This document shows positions 11,101 through 23,345 of a stretch of DNA of 41,933 nt, piece by piece. The notes under the pieces are model-generated. The model had not been told where the DNA came from and searched no databases. It saw nothing but the letters and a program-made list of their open reading frames with translations. Origin of the DNA: Lama guanicoe (taxonomy: Eukaryota); contig MU054120.1 of assembly GCA_013239625.1 (NCBI GenBank), forward strand, positions 669,721-711,653, in the 5' to 3' direction. Each line of letters starts with the position of its first letter. Positions within the stretch are counted from its first letter, which is position 1. A program made the translations under genes and the position numbers.

Positions 11101-14100
11101 TTTCCCCAGAGTTATCCAAATTTCTTTATTCCTTCTTAAATAAATTCTTAAATGCCATCATTTGTTCTGTTAGTAGTAAATCATTATAAAATACAAGTAT
11201 GCAAACAATTCTGGACACATGGCATTTATAAGTCCAATTATTGAAATAGTTCATGTGAAGCTCTGTTGAAAAGTCAAGACTCTTTCCTCCACTAAAATTA
11301 TTTTTCTCTATTCTGGCATGTCTTCTCTCTTGATCTATTATCCTTACTATCTTTTAGGGAAGGATTCACCAGTGCCTCAAGATATATTTATATTCCTAGG
11401 TATTAATTTCATTTTCATCAGATCAGTAGATTTAAGAAGATAACAGAAACGGAATTTGAAAGATAACCATCACATTCTGTAGCACAGACTGAAATCTGCT
11501 TGTGGTATTAAAGCGCTTCCTTGAAATGGACATTGGGAAGGTCAGGCTGTATTTAACTTCACCAATAGCACTTGCTTTTCAAAGATCCTGTAATCATAAA
11601 TGTCACTGTTGGTACTTTTAAAATGATCCCTTCTAGGTGTACCCAAGCAACACAGCAATTTTCTGAGTTTCTTGAAACAGCTAACAGAACTATGTTGAAT
11701 AGAATTAACTGGCCAAGTAGGCTGGCAAGATTAATTTTAATGCTAAATAAGTCTCATCTTTTGGGAGAACAACATAGCAAGTACACGGTTTCTTTTCTTT
11801 TCTTTTTTTTTTTCTGACAAAAAATAAATGCATATGCATTATACGGTAAACTTATATAGAAAAGCCCCAGGTAAGTAAAATATGGTAAAACTGAAATATA
11901 AAAACATGCATTTATGCTTAAGTTAATTATACATTAAGCAATTAAATTTAATAAATGAAAGTGAATGAGAGGAACCACCTTTATTTCATTAGGCAAATGC
12001 TTACAATGTATTAACATTATTTAAAGAACCCCATTGAGTGGTGAAGAAAGTTAGATCATGAATGGAATAAATCAGAGAAACTTCTAGAAACTTCACACTG
12101 TAGGCTGGGCTCTAATGGTTGTGAAAAGCCACTTCTCACAGTGTTCCAAGATGAATGCAGATTAAGTTTCAGAAGGAATTGACTTCTCTGGAGATCAGAC
12201 TTGGTGTGAGGAGACATTATAGAGAGAATCATGGGGGAAAGTAATAGTTACAGCCAGCTGGATTGCTAGGGGAGTAATCTGTTTAAAGCCCATTTGTTTA
12301 AATTAAAATTGTTTAGCAGGAAGTTGAGTTGTTTCTGGACACATAGATAGCTATGTTTGCAGATAGTCTACTAAAACTTTTCAGATACTCCAGAGAAAAA
12401 AAATCTTGGCATTAAGAAAAATCTAGGACCCACTAATTTTGAGGATGATGCAAGGCCTAACTTACATTGGCTGAGCTTCATGTCAGAAACAAACTTCCTA
12501 GGTGGGAAGCACTGGAGAAGGGAAGCATTGAACTAACATATGTATAATTTCATTTTATAACTTATAAAGCTCAATTTTGTCTTTCATTTATTTTTAATCA
12601 CAGTTTTCATGCTATTACCAAAATGTTTCATCCGATGTGGTCTTTCCATTAAATTACAAATTGATTGAGGTAAAATAGTATGTTCCTACATTTCTGTATA
12701 GTTAGTTCATTCTTATTTAAAATAATCAATGAACTGATTATTAAATATTGCCTAGTGATGATTACAATGATGATGATGTTATTGAAGATCATTCAGGAAG
12801 CAATACAAAATATAATAAAGTAAAAATCATTTTTTAAAGAAGATATAAGTACAAACAGATTTGACATTTATGTTTCTTTGAAGCATATATAGTTTTCTAA
12901 AAAGTTGTATTGCAAAAAAAAAACACATTATAAATTTATTCTGCGATCTTTAAATCCATGAATAACTTTTTAAAAAATTTCTACCAGTATAAGTATATAT
13001 ATACGTACATATATACTATTGATTTTCTCCATATTCCTTTTCATAGGTTTGTGAAAAGCATTATTTCCCTAATGGGATTTAATCAAATCACAATTATCTG
13101 GCTTGAATGGAAGACAGAAGTAGCACAGGTAGCCCCTAAACAAAAGAAATGTAAAAACCACATACACTGACTTGAACATACTATGAGTTACATTTACAGC
13201 ATTTATAGCTTGCTATTAGTGCTACATTTAAGGGGGTGTTAAAATCAGTTTATGTACTTGAAACACACACTTAAATAATGGAGAGGAAATATGAACAAGA
13301 AACTTGGTTTGTGGTGACAGAAGCCTTCCTGACATTAAACATATGGCATAAATCATGTCCTTACTAGAAAATCAATGAAAAAAATTGACTGATATTATAA
13401 TGCAGTTTGGTAATTAAGACAGGAACTTGGAGACAGTTTAATTCTTATTTACCTACAATATGGTTGAATTCTTAGAATAGTCTACAATAAAATTGATACC
13501 ATTATACTTCATTCTTCACTTATCATAAAGGAGTGCGAAGTATGGTAGAAAGTTCTAGTTGTTTCAGTGCATTGTGAGTCCGAGACCAATTCTTTACACT
13601 ATCAAAATTCCCATTCTTTTATGACTGATTTCATTCAGACATAAAATAAGTAAGATCCTCATCCAGCAACTTTGTATTAAGGCCCAAATGACTGAATCTA
13701 AATATGCCTTAAATACCCTTTTATATTTGCATTTTTTTAAGAAAATATAAGATAAGTATTTTATACTTGGTAGAATTTTAATCATGGGACAAAAACCAAA
13801 GTGATGAATTTTACCCTTTGGGTAGTAGAGTATGATGTGGGTAGAATATCTTTACATTGTCTCTTAAATCTGTTTTTATGTGAAGACAACTACTCTATCT
13901 CTACATAAAGCAACAGTTGAAATCATCATATTCCATTTTTCTGTTTCACTTACTAAATTTGTGGTGTACTATGCTGTTTTTTTCTTTCTTCCTTCCTCCC
14001 CCACCCCCTGCCTTTTTTTTGTTTTTTCAATTTCCCACACTTCAAGTTCTGTTTATGGGTTTAACACTATCTCATTCTATAGCTTTACTACATAGAGTCT

Positions 14101-14849
14101 AGTGTGAGTTTCATCCACCACACAACTTCAAGTACCTGAAATAATGCCAAGTTGTGGCCACTTAATGATAAAGCAGGATCATTATAAAAAGAGAAAACCT
14201 AAGTTTTTACTTCATCTAGAGGGTTTTTGAAATTTTTATTGATCTGTTTCTGAACAAGGCTAAGAAGTCTGCATTATTTCTCTGGCAGTGATGTTAGCAT
14301 CCCAGATAAGCAAGAGGCCTATCCATTTTTATCATTTATGATGAATTTACCTTGGACTTGAATACATTCAACAACTACTACTAATGTTACATCGTTGCAT
14401 AAGTAATATGATGCTACCAAGATAGAAGGAATGTATGCTGTGGATGTATGAAGAATTATGGAACAGAACAGAAAAATTCTCAGGGATTTTAAAACACTAT
14501 AAAACCTACTAATTTTCATTTAAATGGCAAAAAAAGAAAACATACACAGGTGAACATTTTTGTAAAGATTTCTTCCACAAAGTTTGAAGTTCTTTCCCTC
14601 TAATTAAAGTTCAAATAATTGCATCCCACCTTAGCACAGGAAGAAAAGATTTGTCGATAGAAAGAGAAAGTAATTTTTTGATTTTAATTTTCAGATTCAA
14701 TGCTTTTTTTGTCAATCATACTTCTAGGTGACTTCTACTGAGTGTTTTCTTAGGTTAAGCAGAAAAATAGAACCTTTGGGGGAAAAAAAAGGAGAGGCTT
14801 ACAGCTATGATTTCTAGTGACAGAGATTTAGCAAGGGTAAAAACTTACT

Positions 14850-14960
14850 GTCAGCCCTTTATTTTATAGAAAAGGAAATAAAACAGTGATTGAAGTCATT
14901 TTTTCCCCCAAATTTGCACAAAGAAATTTCCTTTCAGAGCTTGGAAGAGAATCAGTTCTC
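14850..14960 (-). mobile_element. MIR core fragment
   Basis: 'attttatagaaaaggaaata...tgaagtcatt...ccccaaatttgcaca...cagagcttggaagagaatcag' resembles the antisense MIR core. Confidence 0.45.
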
Positions 14961-15332
14961 CATCCACTGATGAAGCCTCCGGATCTATACTGTGATTAAA
15001 ACTGAGAGGTGAAAGAGGTGTTTAGAATTAGTGATTTGAGTACTAATTACTGACAAAAATGGCCTTCCAGGGACCATAGAGAGTACTATTATTCAATAGA
15101 ATAAGACTGCACCCTCATTCTTCCAAACATCCTTTAAGTGACAGCATCAAGAAATAAAGGAAATTGACTAGATCCAAACATTTAAATGTCGATACGATGA
15201 AACAGAATCTTTCTCCTTTCTCTTTTATGTTTTTTTTCAAGTCTTAATAACTTATTATTTGGCAAAACTACAATGATAGATGAACATTTTAATTTTTTTA
15301 GAGTGTTGATCCCCATGTTTGGTAATTGGTTC

Positions 15333-17505
15333 TTTTTTTTTTTATCTTTTTACGTTTATTTTATTTAGTAATAGTCATTTTACAATGTTGTGTCAAATTC
15401 TAGTGTAGAGCACAATCTTTCAGTTATACATGAAAATATATCTATTCATTGTCACTTTTTTTTTTTTGCTGTGAGGTACCACAAGATCTTGTATATTTTT
15501 CCCTGTGCCATACAGTATAATCTTGTTTTTCTATTCTACATTTTAAAATCCCAGTCTGTCCCTTCCCACCTGCCCCCTTGGGTACCACAAATTTGTATTC
15601 TATGTCTGTGAGTCTGTTTCTGTTTTGTATTTATGGTTGTTGGTTTTCTGGTTTTTTTTTTTTTTTTGAAATTCCACATATGAGCGATCTCCACATATTT
15701 TTCCTTCTCTCTCTGGCTTACTTCACCTAGAATGACACTCTCCAGGAACATCCATGTTGCTGCAAATGGCGTTATGTTGTCGGTTTTTTTGGCTGAATAC
15801 TATTCCATCATATAAATATACCACCTCTTTATTCAGTCATCTGTTGATGGACATCTAGGCTGCTTCCATGTCTTGGCTATTGTAAATAGTGGTGCTATGA
15901 ACATTGGGGTGCAGGTGTCATTTTATAGTAGGGTTCCTTCTGGATATATGCCCAGGAGCAGGATTCCTGGGTCATATGTTAAGTCTATTCCTAGTCTTTT
16001 GAGGAATCTCCATACTGTTTTCCACAGTGGCTTTCCTTGCTTCCCTCTCCCACTCTTAATGATTTAGAGGTATTCTTTTACAATTTTGTGTTTATTGTTT
16101 TTGTAATTTATGGCAGTTATCTCCTTTCCAGTTATGAGTTTCTCATTTATGTAGCATCCTTCTTATTATGTAGCACTTCTTTTCTATTTAGAGTAGACCT
16201 GTCAATATTTCTTTTATCATGGGTTTAGTGTTGCTAAACTCTTTTTAGTTTTTGCTTGTCTGTGAAGTTCTTTATCTCGCCTTCTATTCTGAAGGATAGC
16301 CTTGCTGGATAGAGTATCCTAGGCTGCATCTTTTTTTCATTCAGGACTTAGACTATATCTTGCTTCTCCCTCCTGGCCTGGAGCATTTGTGTAGACAAAT
16401 CAGCTGAGAACCTTACGGGGGTTGCCTTGTAACTCACTCTTTGTTTTTCTCATGCAGCCTTTAGGATCATTTCTTTATCCTTGACTGTGGCCATCTTGAT
16501 TATGATATGTCTTGGTGTGGGTCTGTTTGGGTTCTTCCTGTTTGGGACCCTCTGAGCCTCCTGTTCTTGGATATCTGATTCCTTCTTTAGGTTTGGGAAC
16601 TTTTCAGTCATGATTTCTTCAAAGACCTTTTCAATTCCCTTTGTTGTTTCTTCCCCTTCTGGAACCCCTATTATGTATAGATTGGCATGCTTTATATTAT
16701 CCCATAGGTCCCTATTATTGTTTTCACTGTTTTTTATTTGTTTTTCTCTCAGCTGTTCTGATTGGGTGCTTTCTGTTGTCCTGTATCCTAGGTCACTTAT
16801 TCGTTCCTCTGTGTTATCTAGCCTGCTTTGGACAGCCTTTAGGTCAGCTCTCATCTCAGCAAATGAGTTTACTAATTCTACTTGGTTCTTCTTTATAGCT
16901 TCTATTTCATTTTTGACATATTTTATATCTCTAAACACTATTTCTTTTCATTCCTTTTTTGAAATCTTGATCTAGTAGGCCATCAATGTCTATTTCCTTG
17001 ATTGTGCTTTCTGGGGATTTTTCTTGATCTTTTAATTGGGAGTGGCTCTTCTGCTTCATATTGCTCATATCTCTCTGGCACTGTGGCTTAAGAAGTATCA
17101 GTTATCTAGTTCTCCTGGAGATGGTGTATTCTTAATGATTTTATCTAGAGGTCTTTGTGTCTTTGCCCTGTTTCACGAACTCAGCTTGCTGTTTCTAGAG
17201 GCCCTTTGTTGGCGCCCTCATCTGTGCTGCTCCCAGTGGCTGTTGGCTTGCAGATCATATCCCCTCCTAACACTGGGTCAGGAGCTGAGCTCTTTCCCAG
17301 TGGGCAGGCGGGTCACTCCCCCTCCCGATGCAGCAGTCAGATGCTGTGCTCGGGGGGCCGGGGGGGTAGGTGGGCGGATTGCGCCCTCTCCCAGCACCAA
17401 GGTCAGGTGCTGCATGCGTTACTGCCAGGAAGGGAGGTGGCTGCCCGCCCTCTGCTGGCACTGGTCGCTCCACTGCTCTTTGCAGCTGCCCACTCCACGT
17501 AGGAC
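15333..17505 (-). mobile_element. Young lineage-specific L1 with internal deletion of nearly all ORF2 (5'UTR-ORF1-spacer fused to ORF2 tail-3'UTR-polyA)
   Basis: Poly-T at ~15333, 3'UTR and ORF2 C-terminus at 15345-16031, an abrupt junction at ~16031, spacer at ~16032-16187, ORF1 at 16188-17068 and a GC/CpG-rich 5'UTR at ~17200-17505. Confidence 0.92.
16188..17068 (-). pseudogene. L1 ORF1p pseudogene
   Basis: It starts MSNMKQKSHSQLKDQEKSPE... and frameshifts near 16950. The 162 aa ORF has a coiled coil plus LWDNIKHANLYIIGVPEGEE...IQEQEAQRVPNRKNPNRPTPRHIIIKM. After a premature stop at ~16450 it continues ...MQPRILYPARLSFRIEGEIKNFTDKQKLK. Confidence 0.92.
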
Positions 17506-17749
17506 ACTCTTAATGTGTTTGTCACAAGAACATTCATGATTTGACATTTGATTTCAGTCAGCATTGGAACATTTTCTACATTTACTAGACTTCCATAGTT
17601 TTAACCTCAAAAGAAAACAAACGAATGGGTGGCACCTTTCCAAGTATGTTTCTAGTATTAAATGAGATTGGTTCTACCCTAATAATGAGCTGTATGAGTG
17701 TTCAGAATGTTAAATGAAAACCAATTTTAAAAATTAATTCTATGTTAGA

Positions 17750-18051
17750 GTATTTTTACCTCTTCCCATGAATCATGAATGTCTTCATGACATCTACAAT
17801 GGTGAATAACTTCTTGATCCATGGGCTGCAGAATGAATGTTGTGTTAGTAGGCTTGAAAACAATATTAATCTACTGTACATCTCCACCAGAGCTCTTGGG
17901 TGACCAGGTGCATTGTCAGCAGTAATATTTTAAAAGGAATCTTTTTTTTTTCTAAGCAGTAGATCTCAACAGTGGGCTTAAAATATTCAGGAAACTATGT
18001 TATAAAGAGATGTGTCATGCAGTATTTGTTGTTCTGTTTAGAGAGCACAGG
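17750..18051 (-). mobile_element. Tigger1 (TcMar/pogo) DNA transposon internal fragment, DDE transposase region
   Basis: The minus strand reads EYFKPTVEIYCL..KIPFKILLL.DNAPGHPRALVEMY..INIVFKPTNTTFILQPMDQ, which matches the Tigger1/TIGD1 transposase. No TIRs were seen. Confidence 0.88.
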
Positions 18052-18387
18052 TGAATCCAGCAGATGTTTCTAGTCTCACAAAGATCCCTATGTCCCAAGC
18101 ATAAGTCTTACTGAAGTGTGCACCTCTATCTCTCCACCCTCAAGAACCATCAGGGAACAAATATGCCAAGAGATTATCAGTCTTAAAGGCGTCTTAGTGA
18201 CAGAAAGATCAAGCACATCTCAGTGAAGCCTGTGTTGATAGAGAGCTTCATAATCAGATTTCCCATCACCACCCCTTGTGCTCTGAGTCTCTCAACACAT
18301 TAATACTGAATAATGTTCAATTCAGAAAACAAAGTAAAATTTTCTTTGTGGTCTGGAAAACAGATGAGCTAGAAATTGAATTATATT

Positions 18388-18467
18388 TAAAAGAAAGAAA
18401 AAGAGAGAGAAAGAATAAAAGGAAGGAAGGGAGAGAGGAAGAAAAGTAGGAAGAAAGAAAAGGGAAG
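18388..18467. repeat. GA-rich (GAAA/GGAA) low-complexity repeat
   Basis: A purine-dominated degenerate tetramer tract is read directly. Confidence 0.85.
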
Positions 18468-20249
18468 TTATATTTAATGAACATTAAGTTCAGAGATCTG
18501 AAAATCATCCTTATTACACAAGTGAGGTCTCTGCCTTGGAAATAGGATGATACTCAGATACAAAACATGGGGAACAAAATCCTCTTCAGTAATTCAGACT
18601 TAATCTCTGCACCTGCAAGGAGAATTGGCAAGAATAGGGAGGTATGATACTCCTACAGGAGAGAGTGGATCATTGAGGACAATAATACAATGTATGCCAC
18701 CTGTACCTAGAGATTCCCTAGGATCTATTCATATGAATTTCTCAATATTCTACCATGATGGACATGAACACTGGAATAGTATTTTCCATAAAATTTTAGA
18801 ACCATCCTAGTTTTGTGTGAACAAACATTTGCTAGATTTACGTATTGTTTGAATTCTAAGGATGCGTTTTAAAAACATATTTGTTTACTAAATAAGAATG
18901 CTCCTTTTGGGTATTTCCAATCTTAGAATATAAATATTTATTATTATTTATCCAGGTGACATACTCAATTGAAGCTCAAACGCACAGAGTTTTAGGAACA
19001 TAAATATAAACTTGTAAAAACTTCCTAAAAATGAAATAAAAAGAGATCACTTACCAAAATACTTTTAAAGTTTTAACAAATAAGTTCTACTGTAAAAACA
19101 TGTATATTATATGAAATTAATAATAATAAGGTATATTGGGAGTATGCCTTAGAGACAGAAGTGAAATAATGTTTAAATGTGACTTTCCTCCTTTAACTAT
19201 CCATGGGATACCCAAGTTCAAAAATTTCTTCTATGTTATTTGTAAAATTTAAAGTATGAAATACTGTAGATAATTTACATTGATTAAGAGAAAGGTAAGA
19301 ATTCTTTTCACAAACCCTTGAAAAGTGACAGGAATAAGAGACAACTTTATAGGACAGTATAAGATTAATTTTTAAATGAATATGGCAATTTACCTAAATT
19401 GATTGGAGTTGGACACAATTCTGCCACTATATGAAGAGTCACAGAAAATTTTAAGAAGAAAAATTTCCAGTTACATTAATGAAAACACCCATTCTTCTTT
19501 TGTGAATGATAATTTAAACTCTGTAATAATGTTAGAACCACTCAAAAACACTTTTAAGATAAAGACAATTTCTATTTAAATAATCCTAATATTTCTATTT
19601 AATGGAAAAGTATTCATGTCAAATTGTATCAGACTATCTGTAGAGTTCATTAAAATAATTAGCAAGAGCAGATTGAACAGTGATGACATTTCCCCCACAT
19701 AACAGTATCTTTATTTAGAAACTAGCCTGTTTAATGGGAAGCACACTTGTTTAAAATCATCTGCTGCTGCTTAGGAAAGTGAACCCTGGTAAATGTTGAC
19801 TGCAAGAGCCATGCTTTATAAATTGTGATACATAGGATTTTGAGGGGCAAGGGAAGAACTGGAGTAAACCTAATATGCTGTATGGTAAGGGTATGGAAAA
19901 TTTGGGCAGAAGCAAGAGGAATCTAGGAACTAGAAGGAAAAACGAGACTGGAAAACGAAGACTGATCAAAGGCACTATTAACACCCAAACTCAACCACCG
20001 CTCCTAGTCGGCAGTTAGACTTGGGAGTAGAGGCATTTATAAAGTTGTATGCTCTGAGATGTGATAAGCCTTCTCCTGCATCCTTCATTAAATGTCTGGG
20101 AAATGTGTTATATACAATAGTGCTTAGAATATTAATAGTATTTCCATACAGTGGAAAGATGCTGACTTGATTACTGTGTCATGGTTAATTTTGGATGACA
20201 GCACAGCCAATGTATGAAGAAGCCAGTTATCTGTTAGATGTGGATTCTA

Positions 20250-20297
20250 ACATTCATCCATCCTTCCATCCATCCATTCATCCATTTATTTATTTAG
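20250..20297. repeat. (CATC/CATT/TATT)n tetranucleotide tract
   Basis: 'cattcatccatccttccatccatccattcatccatttatttattt'. It may be an L2 tail. Confidence 0.8.
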
Positions 20298-20354
20298 AAA
20301 TTAATATGTGTGTTTATTCACATAGAAAATAAGCATACATCATATGTATAATGA

Positions 20355-20520
20355 AGAAGCTAGTGTTCATATAGCACTTTAAAATTGCAAAGTATTTTCA
20401 TATATTTAGTCCTCAGAATAATCTTATGAAGTGGACACTTGTATTACCTCATTTTATCAGAGTATTATGCATTATATCCAGGAGATAGAAAAATGAAGAC
20501 TGAAATCCAGGTCTCTGAAA
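20355..20520 (-). mobile_element. MIR fragment
   Basis: 'atatagcacttt...caaagtattttcatatatttagtcctcagaataatcttatgaagtgg...ctcattttatcag...gactgaaatccaggtctctga'. Confidence 0.65.
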
Positions 20521-22029
20521 AACCAAATCCTTACAAACCACTTAAAATAAAGAGCAGTATTTGAAAAATACATAAGCGTTGATCACTGTTTAAATATTTC
20601 CAGTAGAGAATATTATACCCAGACATCTGTCATTCTGACCTTTAAAGAGGTACTGGAAATGTCATGTCTAGCCTAAATAGCATATCCAATATATGCTCAA
20701 GTGTTCAGCAAAATCTAAGCTGGGAACAAACAAGGACAATCTGTCAAACCAGCTGTTCCCAACATTTGATAACACACTCTCTTTCAGAAAAAAGAAGCTT
20801 GTCTCTGATACTGTTTTTCACACAGTGTTGATAAATGCCAGTATGTCAATTCCTCACATATTAAAAGATTTCCACATATCTAACCTGACACACATGTGGA
20901 GTCTCCACTGAACAGGCCAAACACAACACTGCTAAGACGTTTTTGCTTATTTAATGTAATTAGAATCTGGATTTGTAGATTATTTGATTTTTTTTGCTAA
21001 TGGGTCAAGCAGATAGAAAAAAAGTAGGATAAAATGCCATTAGAACTGTTTCATATTTTTATTTTCCCTAACTCCAAGTTGTTAATTTTTTATAACATTG
21101 TTCTGTTAATTTAACCCAATGTTCAAAAATGCCAAAATTACACATGATAGGAAAATACTATTAAGTTAATCTCTATTAAGGTACCTCAAACCACTTTCTG
21201 CCTTGTTAGAGAAAAACATTAAAAAATGAAAATATGAAGAAGAGTATGATTATTTGATTATTGAGGAAAAATTTAGGAAGTTATTACACCAGAAATGTAA
21301 TTAAAATTGACTTTGGGAAAATATATTTTATCAGCTATTAATATAAAGTTAGCCTAAAAAGAAACAAAAGAAAAAGTAGTTATCAAGAATAGGGCAGCAT
21401 TTAATATCTTTAAAAACTTAACTTTTTTAAAGCAATCATGACAACCTAGGATTGTTCATTTTCTAACACGTGTGGATATAATATATAAAAACTAGCAAAA
21501 CAGAAGGGGAAGAAAATGGAGTTCTGTTGGATCAAATTTGCTGTGTTTCCTGACTTGAAAAATGCAGTACATATTGGTGCCATTTCCTGAAATAAAGAAA
21601 ACTGAGGCAAAATTAGGTTGTATACAATGTCTGAATCAAGTCTGAATGAAGCACGTAAGATGCATGTGAGATATGCTAGGTTGCAATAAAGAGGCAGGAG
21701 ACTTAAATTTGAGTCTTCTTAGCATGAAGATATATGATCAATAGCTGTGGGGAAAAGGTAAAAGATGATGTTACCAGTTAACAGGGTAGAAAGAAAAGGG
21801 ATCTAGGTCTAAATTACATGACAGAAGTTTTGGGGAATATTGAATACAAAAGAATGAAAATTAGAGAATTAATGAGTTAAAATGGATAAAGTTTAGCTAC
21901 CTTTATTTCTATGACTTTGGATTTGAAGGGAAATGAGAAATGCGATGAAAAATATACACTGATATTTAATAAAGGAACTTTTTTCTTTTAATTTGGGACA
22001 TTTTTACTTAAGTTTGAGGTATTTGAGGA

Positions 22030-22258
22030 TAGTGGTAGTAACAGTAACAAATCCTAGTACCAGGCATTGTGCTAAGTATTTTGCTTGTATCATCTCATTT
22101 AATCTGCATAACTATACCAAATATGAGTGAAAATATTAAACTATAATTAGCTCAGTGTTTCAAAGGAGAAAGCTGAGGTTTCAGAAGTGGTAAGTGGGGA
22201 AGCTATGATTCAAATACAGGCCAGTTGACCTTAGAGCTACACATTTAACCACTCTGTG
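22030..22258 (-). mobile_element. MIR SINE
   Basis: 'ccaggcattgtgctaagtattttgcttgtatcatctcatttaatc...gaaagctgaggtttcagaag...gattcaaatacaggc...ttaaccactctg'. A partial duplicate lies at ~24120-24188. Confidence 0.85.
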
Positions 22259-22629
22259 CCTTCATGTTTATAATCTGATGAGGATGACCCAATAGAGGAG
22301 GAAGTTTGATGATGCGTAACAGGGAGTAGAAAAGGAAAGGAATGCACTTGAAAAAGTGAGGGCATAGGTAGAGAGATTGGCCTTTGATAATGAAATATCA
22401 TGTCTTCCATGAATGAGATGCTAAGATAGGTGCATAATTAAGTAGATTTGTAGGTTGTACAATATTCATATATGTTAATGTATGTATTTTTTAAAGAGTT
22501 ACGAGGCAAGATACTGAACTGAAAAAATCCTACTAAAAAACTCGTTAACATTTACACATAGTTTTCATATGTATAATGAGGTATTTTCAAAGGACATTTA
22601 AATACTTGATGACTAAAAAGAGGGATAAA

Positions 22630-22763
22630 TAATGTGAAAACAAATATATGTATGTATATGCATGACTGGGACATTGTGCTGTACATTCAGAAATTGATAC
22701 ATTGTGACTGACCGTACTTCAATCAAATAAATAAATAAATAAATAAATAAATAAAATAAAAAG
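22630..22763 (+). mobile_element. Very short 5'-truncated young L1 3' end with (AAAT)n tail and TSD
   Basis: 'gtatatgcatgactgggacattgtgctgtaca..cagaaattgatacattgtgactgac.gtacttcaat' plus (AAAT)n. It is flanked by aaagagggataaa (22617-22629) and aaagagggacaaa (22764-22776). A duplicate lies at 24516-24644. Confidence 0.88.
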
Positions 22764-23345
22764 AAAGAGGGACAAAATACATTTCAAGAATCAAGGAGAT
22801 TTCTGAATCATTTATGTAGGAAAACATTTAAATGGGCCAATTGGTTGTGTGAAGTTAATACCAAAATCCTAATCAGAAATAGAGAGGTAATGAGACAAAG
22901 AGGAACTAAATGTTCCATATAAAGATGGGATTGCAGCCCTGAGTGTATCACTCAAACTAGAGGTATCTCTGAAAGAAGGGAAAACCTGTTTTTCTCTTCT
23001 AATTGAATCCTGGAAGAGGCTGAATACCTGATTTGGGGGTGGTGAAAATAGTCTCTGGGGTTGACCTGGGACAAGGGAAGGGAAAATGGAGGGTTGAATT
23101 CTTTCAACATTTTAAGCAGTCTGGAGAGAGATTGGCAAGAAGTCAAGCAAGGAAGAGTAAGAGCTTTCAGACATGCTGTTTCCAAATAGTTTAAAGAAGT
23201 TATTTATGAAAATAAAAATTGACCTAAGGGTCACCTTAACAATGATTGGCTGAGTTATAGAAGGACATCCAGAATGGATTTTTAGACCATATGAGCTCTT
23301 CCTTAGAGTTCTTAAAAGTAAAACAAAATAAATCAGAGAGAGAGA

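Larger units (their letters stand above)
21260..23344 (+). repeat. Tandem segmental duplication, copy 1 (~2.09 kb)
   Basis: Begins 'attgaggaaaaatttaggaag' and ends 'aaatcagagagagag'. It is repeated immediately at 23346. Confidence 0.97.

Noticed and set aside
11572..11817. 81 aa ORF with an internal acceptor-like site
   Set aside because: No homology was recognised, there is no convincing donor, and it ends in a poly-T run.
15300..17530. TSD for the mini-L1
   Set aside because: No matching direct repeat was found at the two flanks by eye.
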